Below are positions 62,435 through 64,000 of a stretch of 64,000 bases of DNA, one piece after another. Below the pieces are notes generated by a model. That model was not told the DNA's origin and did not search any database. It saw only the letters and a program-made list of their open reading frames with translations. How positions within the stretch are numbered: position 1 is the first letter of the stretch; every line of letters starts with the position of its first letter. A program made the position numbers and the translations under genes. The DNA lies in contig NW_026889751.1 of assembly GCF_033153115.1 (NCBI RefSeq), positions 8,804,001 to 8,868,000 of the forward strand, written 5' to 3'. This stretch comes from Saccostrea echinata. Taxonomy: Eukaryota.

Positions 62435-63794
62435 ATGGCAGCATGGAGTAAAAACCTACAGTTCGTCCCACCGCTGACACAAGATAAAATTGAGAACTGG
62501 GCCAATGAGACGGCGAAAATACCTCGATCAAAACAGAAAAAGGGTTATGGCAACTTCATGAAGGATATGTACATGAAGTCGAAAGTAAGTGCCTGCTCTT
62601 GATCGTGTTTACAAGCATCATAATCATGACAATGTTGTTGTAGGCCTTATTAATATAGTTGGATGATATTTTTTTTTCAAATGCATAACTTAGCTAATAT
62701 GATAAAACGAAAACAATGTGCATTGTTATTTATCGGCAATGCTTAAAGAAAAATACAATTTACAAGTGACGAGCATTTAACAGGGTACACTGGTATTGAC
62801 CGAATTTCCTCGGGAAATGTTCCGCTGGAATATTACCGCTGATCTGCTGATGGTGTAAACATGCATTGCATTATCGTATTTATTTTAGGTTAAATGTAAA
62901 TCTGTTAAAGTTTTTTTTAATACTTTTGTGTCTTGTCTGTAGTACAAACATGCAAGGATGTTGTTCGTGCCAGAGCCAAGGCATTCCCATCCATGAGAAA
63001 AAATAACCCACCATATAAATTGATGGTTGGCTAGTTCAGAAGTTTAATTGTTATCGATTGTTAGTTGGTTGGTTGGTTCTTTTTTTTTTTAATTGCCTTA
63101 TTTTTTTCTGTTGCAGCTCAGAGGCATGTTATTATATTATCTTCCTTTTCCTGAATAATTTGAAAATGTTATGAAAATAATTACTAAAAAATATTCAAAA
63201 TTTTCTAAGTAATTAAAAAATAATATGATTTTGACTAAGAATCATTGTATTTGCCAATTGTCATTTAAATTGGGTTTTGTTTTTTTTTTGGTTCATCATG
63301 CGTTTCTTTTATTTCAATCTATGAAATACAAATATGTATGATACTCGAGTGTACTTGAATGCCAGGGAGATTAAATTGGTAAATAATTTGTTGTTTATAT
63401 TTTTAAAGATCATGAACTGAATGTTAAATATTTATATATTTTTAAATATAAATATTTAGTACTACTTGATCAATGAATGGGGCCTAAATTACATTAATAA
63501 CCACTGTTTACACTGTGATTGGTCTAACTGATATATTGCTACTCTACAATATCATTTATGTTTTTTTTCTTTTTTGTTTGTTTGTTTGTTTGTTTGGTTT
63601 TTTTAGGTAGACAAGTACAGTCTGTACATATATTGAAATTCTTTTTAAAATAAGTTACAATTTTTTTTTCTTTTATAGGTTGAATTGTGTAAAACATCCT
63701 CAGTCATTTTGCTTTCACAGTGTGAGTGTAAAGCTGGAAATGGGCACTGCAGTCATTGCATAGGATTACTGTACCTTTTGTGTCACTACCAAAG
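62435..63794 (+). pseudogene. Spliced SWIM zinc-finger gene fragment of the type found in ISL2EU/Kolobok-like DNA transposon accessory (YqaJ-associated) ORFs; 1-nt frameshift in exon 1; 3' part not seen in the window
   Basis: Exons 62435-62584 (MAAWSKNLQFVP...KGYGNF/EGYVHEVE), 62943-63025 (VVRARAKAFPSMRKNNPPYKLM), 63679-63794 (CECKAGNGHCSHCIGLLY = CxC..CxH). Confidence 0.6.
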
Positions 63795-64000
63795 GTATCA
63801 AATATGCAAATTTCTCACATGTTGGAGTAATTTTCATAAAATTACAGTTATAATGACAACTTCCATCTTTTAATTTATCAAAACCATGCTTAACTAAAGT
63901 GAAGAAGCTTATAATAGAAATCTTAAAAATAATCCTGGTAGTTAATCTGTTTCAATTACACCAATAGCCTATGAAAATTAGTTTTGAAAAATTTAATTGC

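Overview
AT-rich animal genomic DNA with spliceosomal introns and two N gaps. The repeat content (Helentron/HINE-like elements with ~166-bp satellite units, tRNA-derived SINEs) suggests a bivalve, probably an oyster; this is inference. Bases 1-47.7 kb hold a tandem cluster of four paralogous secreted-protein genes built mostly from phase-1 exons. All four end in two VWA exons, and the three complete genes share the same five EGF exons before them but have different N-terminal heads. Gene 1 (+) is present as its 3' end only. Gene 2 (+) is SP-NIDO-10 EGF-VWA-VWA with an in-frame TGA in the last exon. Gene 3 (-) is SP-SMB-18 EGF-VWA-VWA and is a multiply disabled pseudogene. Gene 4 (+) is SP-SMB-furin site-VWA-12 EGF-VWA-VWA and is intact (~1137 aa). 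Between genes 3 and 4 a head-to-head exon1/promoter/exon1 unit was duplicated and decayed reciprocally. Bases 51.2-61.4 kb are a complete, very young Ty3/Gypsy LTR retrotransposon (-) with 1101-bp LTRs, ATAA TSD, tRNA-Lys-like PBS and an A-AAA-AAC -1 frameshift. It carries an extra intact SGNH/GDSL esterase ORF upstream of gag, and its zinc knuckle lies in the pol frame. The window ends in a spliced SWIM-finger gene fragment of DNA-transposon type. All coordinates were read by eye; no database search was run.
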